Below are positions 48,251 to 61,196 of a stretch of 64,000 nucleotides of DNA, piece after piece (the stretch's first letter is position 1; each line of letters begins with the position of its first letter). The position numbers were made by a program, and so were the translations under genes. The notes under the pieces were generated by a model, which saw nothing but the letters and a program-made list of their open reading frames with translations, ran no database searches and was not told the DNA's origin. Source of the stretch: Balanoglossus misakiensis (Eukaryota; Animalia; Hemichordata); assembly GCA_040954595.2 (NCBI GenBank), contig CM082594.2, positions 2,899,319 to 2,963,318 of the forward strand, in the 5' to 3' direction.

Positions 48251-51200
48251 GTTTCGAGTAGCGGTTGTAGATGAATACTGCTTTAGTAATTGAACAACAT
48301 TAGGGATTTTACGTCAAGCGCTTTGATTCGTGATAACATGCTGCATTACATCTTGTAAAAGTGAAAAGCATTTTCCATGTAATATGTTTATGTAGGAGCT
48401 CATGCTGAAAATACCTGTCCTCGTTTTCCAGATCTTGCCCATCAAAACCATCACTTTTTACACAATTGTGGATTCCTTGGTTGGGGTCATCTTTACTATA
48501 GCCAAGTGAACATTGTACCGATCCCGATGCAATTTGCACATTGCCTGAAAATAGAAGTTTCTGACTGTAGATAAATCTTTATCCAATACAACCACATAAT
48601 GCGTATGTCTGTAGAGTAAGTAGACTATCAGATTTTCGAATAATTCATACAACTAAACAGTTTAACACATCTGTCAATTTGTACAGACTAACCTCTCATA
48701 TGTTCCCAGGTAAAAGATGCATCAACGATCCCAACGCTGAAGCCACTTACGTAATGTGCTGGTGGATAGTCAGTGGGGGACGGACCATAAAATAGAGATT
48801 GCCAATCGACTTCAATGACATTTAAATACGGTGTGATACCGTTGCCAATAAATGTTGTGCTATCGTCAAGGCATTCCAGATCTGCTAAGGTTGTCCTGGT
48901 TCCACTTTCATCTTGTATTAATTTAGTAAGACACCACAACCATTCAGGGTGCATCGTTACTATAAGGAGATAAAATGGTGAACTTCGTAAATTATAAAAT
49001 ATAAATAATCATGATCATCTATCTTATTTGTATGTATAATGCATGGAATGCGTAAACTGCCATGTTTACCGTAAAACGTATTTTCGAATTGGTGCATATA
49101 AATTGACAGCACAGGTATAAGACAACTCCTAAGAAATAAATGAACATTGAAATAATAATATAAATATAAATATGAAATAACCTTGACCGAAGTGCTGCAA
49201 ACAACTTACTTGTCTGACATTCTGCATCGCTATATCCCTCAGCGCACTGACAAGTATCTGCAGCATCCGGGCAAGTACCAGGGTAACACGTTGTGCTGTC
49301 ATCTCGCCACGAACATCTGGCTGTAGATGAGCAAGTAATGTCAAAGCCAGGTAGAAGATCTCCTCATGACTAATCAAAGTCAATGGTGGAGAAAGACAAA
49401 ACCCATCCAAAACAATTCGGTGCATGGTACCTAGCTACAGCACATACCAAAACAACCCACATCGTTCTCATAGATTACTCAAAGCAAATACTAAAATCGA
49501 AAACATATAGGTTCATGCAGTTGTGGACCGGTTGATAGCTGTCTTACTTAAAGGAACAAAGTCCCTCTCTCGCTGGCCTTTTTCCATTAATTATGTTTGA
49601 TACAAGACGCCGTTTATGTTATTCTACATGTAGATATATGGTGAATCAACATTCGACCACACACAACTTCCATCTCGTTTGTAGGATATGAGAGTAAAAT
49701 CTCGCCCAAAATGAATAAATGGTAAAGAACGATTATTCATTTTGGCGATTTTTTCACTCTCCTGTCTATAAGAGGGATGGAAGTTGTGTGTGGTTGAACG
49801 TTCCTTCACTATATATCCACATGTAGAATAAAAAACGTTGTCTCTTATCAAATATAATTAATGGAAAAAAGGGCAGCGAGAGAGAGACTTTGTCCCTTTA
49901 ATGACGTGCAACAGCGTGTCATACACTTGGGAGAGAGGGTCTCAGACTCCATCAAAATACAAGGATCAAGATTAATCCAATTGGACCATGAAAGCTCATC
50001 GATAAATTGAAACCCACAAAAGAAAGATGAATGAACCTCTGACACATTATATCAAGAAGCTATGTCTGATGCGTAGCGCAGCCAGCGGTGGGAATGGGGC
50101 AGGGGACCAGACTATTTTGAAAGCTGTAGAAGTATTCTGTCACACCTATTTTCCACTGATGACAGCATGACTTACCTTTACAAGTGGATACGGTTAATGA
50201 GTCTCGTATTATTGTATATTTACTTACCTCTGCAATACCTATCGGGATAACCATTCATATCGACAAGGTCGTAGGCACTTTCACATGTTGCCCAATCAGT
50301 GGGGTCATCGCACCCGTAGTTGTAATCGCATTTTCCAGCTGCGCACGTTTGGTCACTACCACTTGTGCATGAGACTTCGCTACAGTATTCGATTGTGGCA
50401 CATGCTGAACAAAATATCAATTAGAACAATTTCATTTAACTTTTCGCAGTGTACTCCCTGATAAAATATGCACATTGATCATGTGAATATTAAAATTAAT
50501 GTTAGGGCAACCAATAACCTTTCAGATTGTTTGTTTCAACCAATAACCTTTCAGATTGTTTGTTTCTCACAAAAGTTCAGTCTCCGTTGCTTTTCCCCGG
50601 GACGAACATAATCGGATCAAACTTGACTCTATTACAAATTAAGGCCTTTCTTACCATATTGACAACGTGACCCATAATACGGTATGTCATCACAGTCACA
50701 GTAATATGTACTAGCGCTGCAGCTTCCATCCCAACAGTCGTCGCAGTCTCCATTATTATAACATGGGTCCGAATCACAGTAGACATCTTGAAAAAAAAGA
50801 TAAAAATTAGACATTCCTCAATGGCAGGGTTTCACTACACGCTTTGTATAGGTGTCCAAATTTGCAAAGACATTTATCCTGATCGGAATCAAGCAATGAA
50901 GCCGACGGCGTGAAAATCAGGCAAAACGAGGCACAGTCTACATGTAGCTGTTGACGAATCACAGCATCATTACTGAACACCCATACGTCTCTATTGATAA
51001 GTAGATCTTTTTGGTTTTGGCCAAGTTCCTCTGCGACAAAAATTAATTAGACTTGATAGTAATTGATTTTTGTCTGTTTTTCCTATGGGTTGATGTCTAA
51101 GCATCGAAACATTTACCTGATTTTCGTTTGCAAATGTAGGGTTTCGTCCAATGGCATTCGACATCATACCAAGTACCATCAGATTTATATATCATAACAC

Positions 51201-54200
51201 ATTGCTCACGGTTATCACTATGTCCCCCATCGTCGGGCTCACCACCTGCCCAATTTCTAAAACAAAAATATAATTAGGGACCGTTCAGTTTTTACGGGCG
51301 GGGGGGGGGGGCGGCAAAATCCAGGGGGATAACTTAAATTTTGAAGTCCAAAAAGGGGGGGGGGGTCATCTGTTTTTTAAACGTTTAGGGGGGTCACATA
51401 ATTTTGCCACGGAACTTTTGCTTTTGAGTCCACAAAATTGCAGTTTCGCGCCCTTTATTTTACAAAAATTTCTAATGTGGGAGCTCGAGGGGGATACCCC
51501 CTCCCACACCCATCATTCTCCCCCACATTTCATTTTTGTCTGGTTTATCTAGTGTACCAGGGCAGAGTGCTTGCCACCCTAACCCCACCGATGATAATAT
51601 TTTACAAAGTAAATACAAAGTAAATACATAAAAGGAGAATAATCATTTTAACCATTTAGCATAACTGATAGTTTCGCGCTGCATCTTCTATATACTAGTT
51701 TTATAAATGTTGTCATGGCGAAGATGACGCCAAATCTTCTAACTTTGAGTGGAGTGGCAAAAAGTAAAATTAGTCCTCCCAAACATTGCGATAATTTGCT
51801 TTTGTGTTCATTAAAATGCAACTTTGAGCATCGTATTTTACAAAATTGACACCCCCTCCCACACCCACCCCCTCCATTCTTCGCCACATTGTATTTATTC
51901 ACTGGTTTGTCTAGTGTACCAGGGAAGACTTCTTGCCACCCCACCCCCGATGCTTACTTTGAATGGAGTGGCAAACTTAAAATTTGTCCTCCCTAACATT
52001 GACTTAATTTGCTTTTGAGTTCATTAAATTGCAACTTTGATCACCGTATTTTACAAATTTTACACCCCCTCCCACGCCCACCTCCGCCACTTTTCGTGTT
52101 TTACCAATTCTAGCAACTATTGTATTGACTTGTCATTTTAATTTGTTCATAGATTTCTTTATTGCAACGATATACTATTATATACTTCAATTACTTTAAG
52201 AAATTTATAATTGAGGTGTGAGGAGCCTCATTCCCTTTATTGCATACAGTTTACATCAGGATGGCGAATGTTCTCGGCGTGGGGAGTCATCATATTTTTG
52301 GGTCGTCAAAGGGGGGCGGGTCATCATTTTTTGCTCCTGGGCGAAGGGGGGGGGGGTCGGCCTGATTTTGAAAACCGATGACACAAACTTGCCGCCCCCG
52401 GCCGTAAAAAAACTGAACGGTCCCTTATTTGATATTCATAAACAACAGTGTCGAATGTAATATGATGTTCAGGGGAGTACAAAGAGCCTGACAAAGAAAT
52501 ATCAACTTGAACATTCTCACCTAATGGTGGTATGAACTTTCAGTTTAAAATTTTGATATCCAGAAGAGAAAATCCAGCGAGAATGTTTGCACATTTGGCC
52601 TTTTGCTATCACTTCCTTGAGTTTTGATAATCTCTGTTTTCTCAAACAGTAAAGAATATGTATTTTCGAACATGTTTTGATAGACTTTGTTTAGAATTAG
52701 ATTATAGTGTGCCATGTTAGGCTGCAAAGGTATCGATTGTTTATTTGCATTTCAAGGCCTCCGGTCCATTTGCAGTGGAGTTACACGTCAAAAATTACAA
52801 ATAATTTAACAGTACAGTATCCAATAACTAGTCTGTAATTACCGAACAGGATTGTCATCATTTAAATTACGAAAAATTTCTTTTCGCATTTGAAAAGATT
52901 TAAAAAGAAAAAAATACACAGGTTCTGTAGAACACATACATCAGAGGAACGCAATAAACGCTGAAACGTGCATATTGGGGTGAGTAAAGATATCTTTAGG
53001 TAAATAAATTAGTCTGATAGTGTGGGTCCGGGCTAAAATGAAAAGTCACTGTGTCTTACCTAACCGAGAAAAAAACATGGTATAAATTTTAAGCACTACA
53101 GATGTTGCCATAATTGATCAAACTCAAAGAGATTGGTCGCACATTTTGCAACCACGTACATTTTTGTATTTCTTTTTCTCGGTGCGGATAATACTCTGTA
53201 CCAGAATACGTTTTAGTCAATTAATTAATTTGGGTTGATGGCGGACGGCACGCGTACGGAGAGTGTTGCTCAATAAGTGCGATAAAAGTTGACGGGTCTG
53301 TAGCTTTCCCATTTATAATGCTATTCACCAATACATATTGAATAATATAGTCACATACTTGTTCATGTCCAAAAAACACCCGCTTCTAGCCCTATTGGTT
53401 AGCCTAGAATTAGATATGCACATAATGAATGAGGTTTACATAAGTCAAAGGGGTCCAGAAATTTGGCAAAATGTTTCATCCCACAGTAAATCATCTCTAA
53501 CCCTACTGGTAAGTCTGGAATTAGATGTGCACATATTAAATGATGACAACATAGCTCAGGGTGGTTCTAAAAATTTCATAAAATTTTAGTCCCAAACCAC
53601 TTCGTGTTAATAAACGAAGCGTCGAGGAGACTATGGTCCCATATAGAGATTACACAGGAAAAGGTTTACCCCAGAATACGTACATAGAGACAGACATGTA
53701 TACAGAGAGACAGCCATAGATAGTGACGATGGATTAGCCATTACAGACGTCACCCCGAGATCACCAGAAACATCAAGAAAGAAATCTGCCGAATAGTCAA
53801 AAAGTACGGACTCAAAATTATCATCGATGCTAATATTCTTCTCTAAAATAACTGCCCTATTTCTTTTAAAAAATCATTTGAGGGTGTGCAGTTTGTTTTT
53901 ATATATAAGAAATAGGACCTGAAAAAACTGCACCGGTAATCCTAATGGTAACCATTTGTGCGCATATTTAATAAGGGCAACATAGGTCAAGGGGGTGCCG
54001 AAATTTACAATGAAATTTTCGTACCATTGTTAGGAGTGCATGTTAAAAAAACGGCACGTTTTGCTCTTCTGGAAACCTCTAGCCCCATCGGTTGGCCTGC
54101 AATTAGCTATGCATAAAATAACGACGTGTATCAAAAGTAGCTCAAAGGTCAACTGCCCAAATCTTTAGAGTAATTGCAGGCTATGTTATTACCTTTGGGT

Positions 54201-57200
54201 TGATGCTGGTTCAGGAGAAGAAGGTTCTTGATATTTTAATGAGATTTTTTGAAAATCCAATATGGCGGCCAAACTTACTCTGTGACATAGGGATTGCACT
54301 AACTACAATTCAGTTAAGCTGATGGCCGCCAAATCACATGACTAATTAAAATTGAATGGTACGGTGCACGACTTCTTATTGGGCCCAACAAACGTGCCAA
54401 TTTTGAGAACCATAGCTGCAGCGGTTGTAGAGATCGAGAGCTCCAAAGAACAGCTATGACTGGAAGACGACGGAGAAAAAACGCGGCATAAAAAAACGGA
54501 TAATAACAATAGGGGTCCAAGCTGACTTGCAATACCAAAAGTTGTGACAGAAATAATGAAACCAATGCTATGCTCTGGTATGTATAGGTGAATGAAACTT
54601 GCGTGTTGTCTGTGATGCTGGTGTATAGTCGATCTACAGCCATATTCATATACGCATACGTTTGTGTCGCCATCTCCAGTTTGTTGTCTTTTTCCCCATC
54701 TTACGGGAAGTTATAAATTGCATTTTAGCCCGAAAGAAGGCAATTCGGGGTGATGGAATTGATAATTTGTGTTATATTTGTTTCAATGACGATATAAAAA
54801 AGTAAGTTTTTTTGTCGAAGGTTACATAAAACGGCGACGCCCATTCATGAGATCATATCAAAAGCATATGTGAGACTGTAGACTGTTAAAACCCCAAAAT
54901 GTTCCATTACTTACAAATACACGACACTCGTCCCATCATTCCACACATAGATATCTTTATGTCCTCCGTCGTTTAATCCATGAAAAGAGCTCTCGTCCAT
55001 ATTCGTTTTAATCCAGTCCTAGTAAAGACAACAATGTCAGGAGTATTTTTACCATTATTGATACGGAACTTAAAGATATGGAAATCGCCTTGCATACAAT
55101 TTATTTCTTTTACCCATCAGTTAAACAACTTGGCTGAAATTCTTGTACCGGTATGACACACAGTATATTTGTCTAACTAGTTTTCCTCATTTAGACCATC
55201 TTTTTATAACCTTATGCACCTTACGGTATATCTTGAAACAGTAATTCTTCAGTGAATGTATGCATGCTAAATTTTGCAGTTCTTGTTAGTTCACTGTGTA
55301 TGACTTTGATTTTCAATGCTTGTGCCAGAAGATGACGATGTTTTCTTTGGCTTATGTCAATGGTTCACTAAAGTTTTGGGAGGGTGGTATTAAGGGGAAA
55401 GCAGAAAATGGCATATAGCAGACTTGTTTATATTCGATGGAACAAATTACTGATATTGTAAACATAACCGTGGGGATAATAAATTAATCAATGTATAACT
55501 TGATGCGCATTGATAGTAAAATCAAACCAAAATACCACATGATCTTTAGCCGTCACATTTGAAACATGACTCAGTCATTTGCAGTGTTACTGACATAATG
55601 GCTTCATACCTAATTCCAAGTAGCATAGCATTTTACAACTGAGGGAAATGAATATGATTTCGTGAATGTCAAAATAGTTGGCCCATTATTTTCCAAAAAC
55701 TTATGACACACTACATGTTGACTTACATTTTCTGCACTTCCATGTATGCTGGCAAGATCGGCGTGAGTATCTTGTCTACGGCACTCATCTGCTGCATCAT
55801 CAAATTTTTTTAGAGCAGTGGAGAAATAGTAACAATAACCCGCATACAGCTTCCAATCACGTTTGCAAGCTATAGTTAAATAAAATGAAGTTATTTTTTT
55901 ATCAAATGGCTTAGCCTTAACCTGTCAACCAGCCTAGCACTAAAATAACAAATGAACCATTGACCAATTTGTCAAAAATTGAGTATTAATCAATCTAATG
56001 GAAGATTGCACGATGTCATTAATTTTATTATATATCGCGCCTAGATTGACAACATTCTTTGCTACACATTGCTGTTAGTTTTTTTTGTTGATAAGAGATT
56101 AAATTAAACTAAATATACAACATAAAACAAATGTCACAATTGTGGGTTGAAAAGAACAGATTGGCAGGAGAAGTTGCCTACCTCGATACTCCTTTTTACA
56201 AATAAATGTATGGCTGTCGTCACAGGATACATCATCCCACTTTCCATTGCCAATTTGTAGGAGAGCACAGTCATCATTACCCGGTTGACTAGAATCCCAA
56301 TTACTAAAATGAATAAAATGTGTGAGAAAGTATCTGCACTGCCAATCTGGTGTGTTGTCTGGCGATTTAATTTTTGTGTGTGTTAAAAAGAGGTAGATAA
56401 GGGTGAAAGCTATTTACCTTAGCTCGTTGGAATATATCTATGCTATTTAAAAGATTTTTGATAAATCTTGTATGCTTCATATCATTCAACTTTTACAATG
56501 GGTTAAGTAATAGTTCAAATCAAAAATCGGACAGTCCAATGTTCTTTCCGTCATTGATGTGAACTATAATAATACGTAATTGTCATACTCAGTAACACGT
56601 GTCAAGGACCATTTGTAGATAATAATGAAAGAAGAATGAACAGTTGTCTTACATGTAATCAACACCTGACCAATCACTCCATGAAAACCGACCGCTAAAT
56701 CCCGGCCCAATGGAAAATCCTGTATATGAATCATCATTTACACGCGCTTGCATCCAGTCCTATATAAACAGGTATAAATAACCCATAATTAAGACATAAG
56801 AAAAGATAAATATCATGTTTGATATGTACAAATACGGGCGATCGACGATTGGTTTTACCTGTGTACATTTTTATCGCACCAACCGGCACCAAAACTGTCG
56901 CGAGGTCGGCAGTGCTGAACTATTGTCGTCGCGCCATCGACCGAGCGTTAGGTACAAGATTGCGAAATTTATCACAAACCAGCGCAACTCCAACTACATT
57001 AAATCACCGAGTAACGAGCCAATACAACAGAGCATTCCGCTCTTTTTAACCATGGCTGCATAAATTAATGTGTGGTCTCAGCCAATCACGACACTGTGAT
57101 ACTGTTGCACTGATATAATATACAACAAGATAAACACTCACGTTTTCCTTTTCACTGTGTACGCTTGCAAGGTCCGTGTCGCTGCCATAACTACGGCATT

Positions 57201-60089
57201 CGTCAAGTGCGTCATACCAACTTCTTGCAGTTGTAGAAAAATAATACCAGTCGTCAGAATATTTATCCCATCCTGAATTATAGCCTGTAGGTTGGTTCCA
57301 GATAATCGAGATGTCAGTAAACTATTAGTCTGAAGTAGTCATACTGTTCATTCGGATTGAAATAAGTACAGTAACGGCGTAGACTAACGACATGCAAATG
57401 CAAACACAGGGACATTATGGGTTCCAGATGAATGATCAAGCCATGCGTCTTGTTTAATTAACTTGTTAAATTATCTTCATTGATATAAATAGAGATATTG
57501 GGCCAAATTTGATGAAACTCGTCAGAAGTATTGTTTTCACACGTATACATGGTATTAACCGTTAAACTCAATTATTAATAAACTGCAAATTCGCATATTT
57601 AATTTAAGTTTCTAATAAGTGACATATTACTGAAATTATTGCATGTACTGTTATTAAACAAGGTACAGATATAGATCTAACAGAGATCTTGATTAGTTTC
57701 TCATTTGAATATTTAAAAATCAGTGCAATTAAGCTATAAATGAGGGGTTATTAAACACATTTGTTGAAAGCAATGGGGGAATGTAGGTATGACAAGCGGG
57801 CGTCATAGCCCCTCCTACCTCATGACGAAACCCTCCAACTTAGAGTTAAGCATCATGAGGTAGCTATGGCGTGGTACCACAGGCGGCTGCAAACATTAAG
57901 GTTATAAATGGCGGAGTTCTGATCTTCATTTCCCCCCAATACATCTTTTTTGTAAACAGCATTCTGCTTTATATGTATAATGAAAATACGTAATAAAATA
58001 TAGGGTAACAGCGCTTGTTTTTGAAATACAGAGTTATGAATATAGTCGATGATAGAAGAAATATGCTGACTCAGCTTTTTTCACCAATGGTTTGTCTATT
58101 GGCAAAATTTTTAACGCAATTTATCTCAAAAATGAGCGCGGTGACCCCTATATTTCATATGACCAATGGATTTATATTTACTGGACTGAGCTATTGTGTA
58201 AAATTTCGTAAAAATGGCAATAGTAGAAGTTTGTTTTCTAGCAATTTTCAATGTAATCTTATGGAAAAAAGACGGGTGCGCGCAGTTTTCCGGTTTATGT
58301 TCTGCGCGTACATCCTTAAGTAACATTAAAACGCCCACATGTCCAGGTAGTAAATACATTTTACTTGGTACATGATAACCTTTAAAAAGAAACATTGTCT
58401 CCAACATACCATTTGGGGAGTTAAAGTTCTATACGAGTCCGTAATATGAGACATTATGTGTAATTCCTTTCTGCTCATCATACAATTAATTTGTCGATTT
58501 TTGCACTGGATTAATTTCCAATATTTACCCGTTTTGCAAATGTAGTATGCTGCCAATGAGCATTCGACGTCAGCCCAAGTACCATCGCTTTCAACCATAA
58601 AAACACATCGTTCGCGGTTACCAATATTTTGTCCCCCATCGTTAGGCTCTCCCAATCTCCAATTTCTGACACACAAAAATATATATACTAGTATTATGCA
58701 CATTTGTTGATATTTATAAACAGAGAGGTGAGTATAATTCTAAGGTAATGGAATCATTCTTTGGTTCAGTTGAGTCGTTGAATGCCCAATGTTTCGGACA
58801 CAAGGTATCCATGCGTAAATGAAATGTCTTTTCCTGAATAAATATGAATAATTAGTTAACTAAATAGAGAAAAATTTGAGATAAATACACCATGTCCCCT
58901 TGGTCTGTTTACTCATAAAACTTGTATATTCATAGGCTAGGGCCAATATATTGGTGATCTATGCTCTATTTAATCGTGGCTTGCATAAATTAAAACAGGT
59001 ACGGTTCGCATCTAAACACGACCTGTATTTCTGACACTGTTGCACTGATATAACATAAAGTTATTGAATTTATAAAGAATATTATTCATTTAAACAAGCT
59101 GGTTGTTGACTGCTAAAACCCCAAAATGTTGCTTAACTTACAAATACACGACATCCGTTCCATCACTCCACACATAGTTGTCTTTTTGTGCTGCGTCATT
59201 CAGTCCATTGAAAGAAGTCCCTTCCATATTCGCTTTAATCCAGTCCTATTAAGACAGAAGTGGCTCATTATTTGAACAAGTATTTTGTGCTTAAATTATT
59301 TAAGTACAAATTTCTTTGTATACATTTATTTTCCATTTCGTGTATCAGTTAAACAGCTCTGCTGAAATGCCCGATAGTATACTCTTTAAATACGCATACC
59401 AGCGCATTTGTAAAATGACATTTCCTGATTGTGCATTATATGGTTTATGTGAGTTCACTGTGATTAGTTCAAAGATTTGAAAACACAAATTAGAATGGCT
59501 TTAATCTCCAGTAGTTAACAAGATGAAGTTCACAAGTTTTTCTCTTTAATGTTTTGTTTATTGTCAATTAAAGTTAGAAAGTGCTGTAACGTACACTGAG
59601 ACCAATCTAATGACCGGCCAGAGAAGTCGGCCAATTATCAACATTCAACAAGAAAAGTACAATACAGGTACACCGTAGTCTACATGTTTTTGGTATGACC
59701 CATCTGTTATACATATCAAGGAATAATTAAGGTAGAAAATGGTCGATAACAAACTGATTGTAGGCCAGTGAAGAACTCATGCCACCTTGAAAGTATGGTA
59801 GCTACCCATTCACACGAGTGAATTTGCATGTATCTCGCTGTGCCTACGCCCCCTCCCTATTATAGTCGAATGCATCGCGGGCGTATCACAATTCGTTCTG
59901 GGTAATATTGCTCCTAGTGCATATGATGCGGTAAGCTTAAACTTTGACTTACATTTTCGGCACTTCCATGTACACTAACAAGAGCACTACCCTGTCTACG
60001 GCAATCGTCTCGTGCATCCTCAAAAGTTATTTGAGTGGTGGAGAAATAGTAACAGTAGTCTGCGTACAACTTCCAACCTGATTGACAAG
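24301..60089 (-). CDS. Gene B: giant extracellular mosaic protein, about 60 exons and 3600 aa (3x C-type lectin, EGF-like/Cys-rich, many FN3-like repeats, DUF642-like domain); 5' end not identified
   Basis: GT/AG exons 59953-60089, 59142-59245, 58529-58665, 57142-57284, 56653-56759, 56182-56303, 55727-55869, 54915-55018, 51117-51256, 50655-50786, 50228-50404, 49210-49320, 48693-48959, 48415-48544, 47818-48040, 47315-47501, 46708-46907, 46145-46411, 45452-45660, 45139-45259, 44533-44712, 44018-44227, 43632-43906, 43185-43332, 42833-43051, 42349-42517, 41604-41890, 40730-40927, 40258-40393, 39129-39312, 38518-38730, 37328-37511, 36765-36964, 36154-36385, 35753-35959, 35430-35535, 35225-35341, 34793-34960, 34558-34697, 34149-34283, 33902-34040, 32949-33135, 32480-32691, 32198-32310, 31891-32010, 31393-31530, 30763-30934, 30505-30624, 29962-30096, 29613-29743, 29380-29518, 28725-28885, 28276-28519, 27116-27706, 26770-26982, 26292-26482, 26022-26130, 25312-25640, 25008-25212, 24301-24575 (TAA). 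Confidence 0.88.
26900..27590 (-). CDS. Gene B DUF642/CBM4-like galactose-binding-fold domain
   Basis: NVLLNPSFEES...HWTV...HGDSFAML..EITQTFNTTAGEKYSMQFYA...WELHQEYFIAEDDATTLTL...IAIDQVEV. Confidence 0.65.
28618..28662. repeat. (TTG)n(GTG)n compound microsatellite
   Basis: Direct reading. Confidence 0.9.
30138..30279. mobile_element. Small MITE-like element
   Basis: TIRs TAGACTCTCTCACTGCCC / GGGCTGTGAGAGAGTCTA; no clear TSD. Confidence 0.6.
37594..38451. repeat. (TATG)n perfect tetranucleotide array, about 860 bp
   Basis: Direct reading; fills most of gene B intron 37512-38517. Confidence 0.99.
40480..40563. mobile_element. 84-bp piggyBac-like MITE with TTAA TSD, second copy
   Basis: TTAA-CCCTTTCACC ... 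GGTGAAAAGG-TTAA; shares core TTACCATAGAAAACAAT with 24059-24142. Confidence 0.8.
45705..45872. mobile_element. Tc1/mariner (pogo/Tigger-like) MITE with TA TSD
   Basis: TA-CAGTCAAACC ... GGTTCGACTG-TA; internal GTGGCCAC repeats. Confidence 0.8.
48219..48250. repeat. (AAC)n microsatellite
   Basis: Direct reading. Confidence 0.95.
49210..50786 (-). CDS. Gene B EGF-like and Cys-rich exons
   Basis: CDSDPCYNNGDC...YYCDCDDIPYYGSRCQ; CATIEYCSEVSCTSGSDQTC; CSWRDDSTTCYPGTCPDAADTCQCAEGYSDAEC. Confidence 0.85.
49552..49897. mobile_element. Near-palindromic Kolobok-type MITE with TTAA TSD
   Basis: TTAA-AGGAACAAAGTCCCTCTCTCGCTG ... CAGCGAGAGAGAGACTTTGTCCCT-TTAA; inverted copy at 62486-62802. Confidence 0.85.
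51117..60089 (-). CDS. Gene B three C-type lectin domains, 3 exons each: EPN (58529-60089), QPG (56182-57284), EPD (51117-55869)
   Basis: CQSGWKLYADYCYYFS...NWRLGEPNDGG...WADVEC...YICK; NWDSSQPGNDDC...WDDVSC...FICK; CKRDWKLYAGYCYYFS...NWAGGEPDDGG...WYDVEC...YICK. Confidence 0.92.
51277..52424. mobile_element. PIF/Harbinger-type non-autonomous element with TTA TSD and internal tandem repeats
   Basis: TTA-GGGACCGTTCAGTTTTTAC ... GTAAAAAAACTGAACGGTCCC-TTA; repeated blocks near 51500/51855 and 51745/51957. Confidence 0.88.
53725..53834 (+). pseudogene. Penelope-like retroelement RT fragment
   Basis: DDGLAITDVTPR, then frameshift to NIKKEICRIVKKYGLKIIIDAN, resembling the YRDDGL...GLKITI region of Penelope-like RTs. 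Confidence 0.55.
53840..54530. repeat. Probable non-autonomous Helitron/Helentron-like repeat, boundaries uncertain
   Basis: AAAATCCAATATGGCGGCC and ATGGCCGCC motifs and an AACAATAGGGGTCC end; resemblance only. Confidence 0.35.
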
Positions 60090-60711
60090 CTATAGTTAAA
60101 ATAAATGTAGTTAGTTATTTCTTAAAAAATGACCAAAAATTGATGCAATTCGCGGGTTCCGAGTTCTCAATAAAGTAGAAAGTTCATAGACTCTTGTCGC
60201 CTGGGGGCGTGCGAGTTGAGACAATTATTAATAGATTATTATTAGAAGAATGTAATATGTCACTCTTAAATATTGTGTTTATCTTTCGTTGTTATGTAAA
60301 AGCGCACTTAATATATTAATAACATTGAATAAACTGCGAAACTGCGAAGAGAGAGGTGTGGAACCCTTTTTATCTTATATATAGTACACGAATTCTTATG
60401 AAATTAATTTAACTACTTGGATTGTGAAGGATACGTAGAGAGGTAACCCCGCCATCTATCCAAACACCTCAACTGTTTTCTACCTAAGTACTTTGTACCC
60501 TCATATAGTACGTAATGTAAGTACATTTACATGTATACATACATATGTAGCAAGCCCTAAATTGTCATTATAATCCGACCTGAATGCACAAATTATTTTC
60601 TTGAAAGCACACAAATATTGTCAAATATATATAATAAACTATATATACGATTTGGGAGTTCGTTGCAAGTACTGCTGGCAGAGTGCTCGATGGTGTAAAT
60701 CCAGAGCTTGA

Positions 60712-60986
60712 TAGTAGAGTGTGCAGGGGAACTAAGGCTGTTTTGACATAGGCGGTGTATTACTGTTCAGTTTCGTGTAAGCGGGGCCTACACTCGTCAG
60801 ATACTGATGCCTGAATGATGGAGGGTGTGGACAACAGGGAATTTATACTGGGCAGGGTGAATATGCAAATGAGCCTACAATATGCAAATGAGCTGAGGTT
60901 AACCGTCCTTTTAATTCATCACAGGCAGACTGACAGTCAGAAGTCCAACCCTCAAAACAGCCTTAGTTCCCTTGCACACTCTACTA
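60712..60986. mobile_element. MITE with 35-bp TIRs carrying a 59-bp Gypsy pol fragment
   Basis: TAGTAGAGTGTGCAGGGGAACTAAGGCTGTTTTGA / TCAAAACAGCCTTAGTTCCCTTGCACACTCTACTA; 60890-60948 matches 61644-61702. Confidence 0.85.
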
Positions 60987-61196
60987 ATAAACTATATATG
61001 TATATTCCTTTCAAAGATGTACACACGAACTAATCTGGTTGTTTCAACTGTTTATTATCTTCGCACATCGTTTCGTCCTAAAAAATAGGACTTCATCAAG
61101 TGTTATCAACAGAGCAAAGATATCAACGACAGAATAAGCACACATGGTTGACGATGTAAAAACAGTGAAATGAAGTTGACATAACGGTACAAAAGA

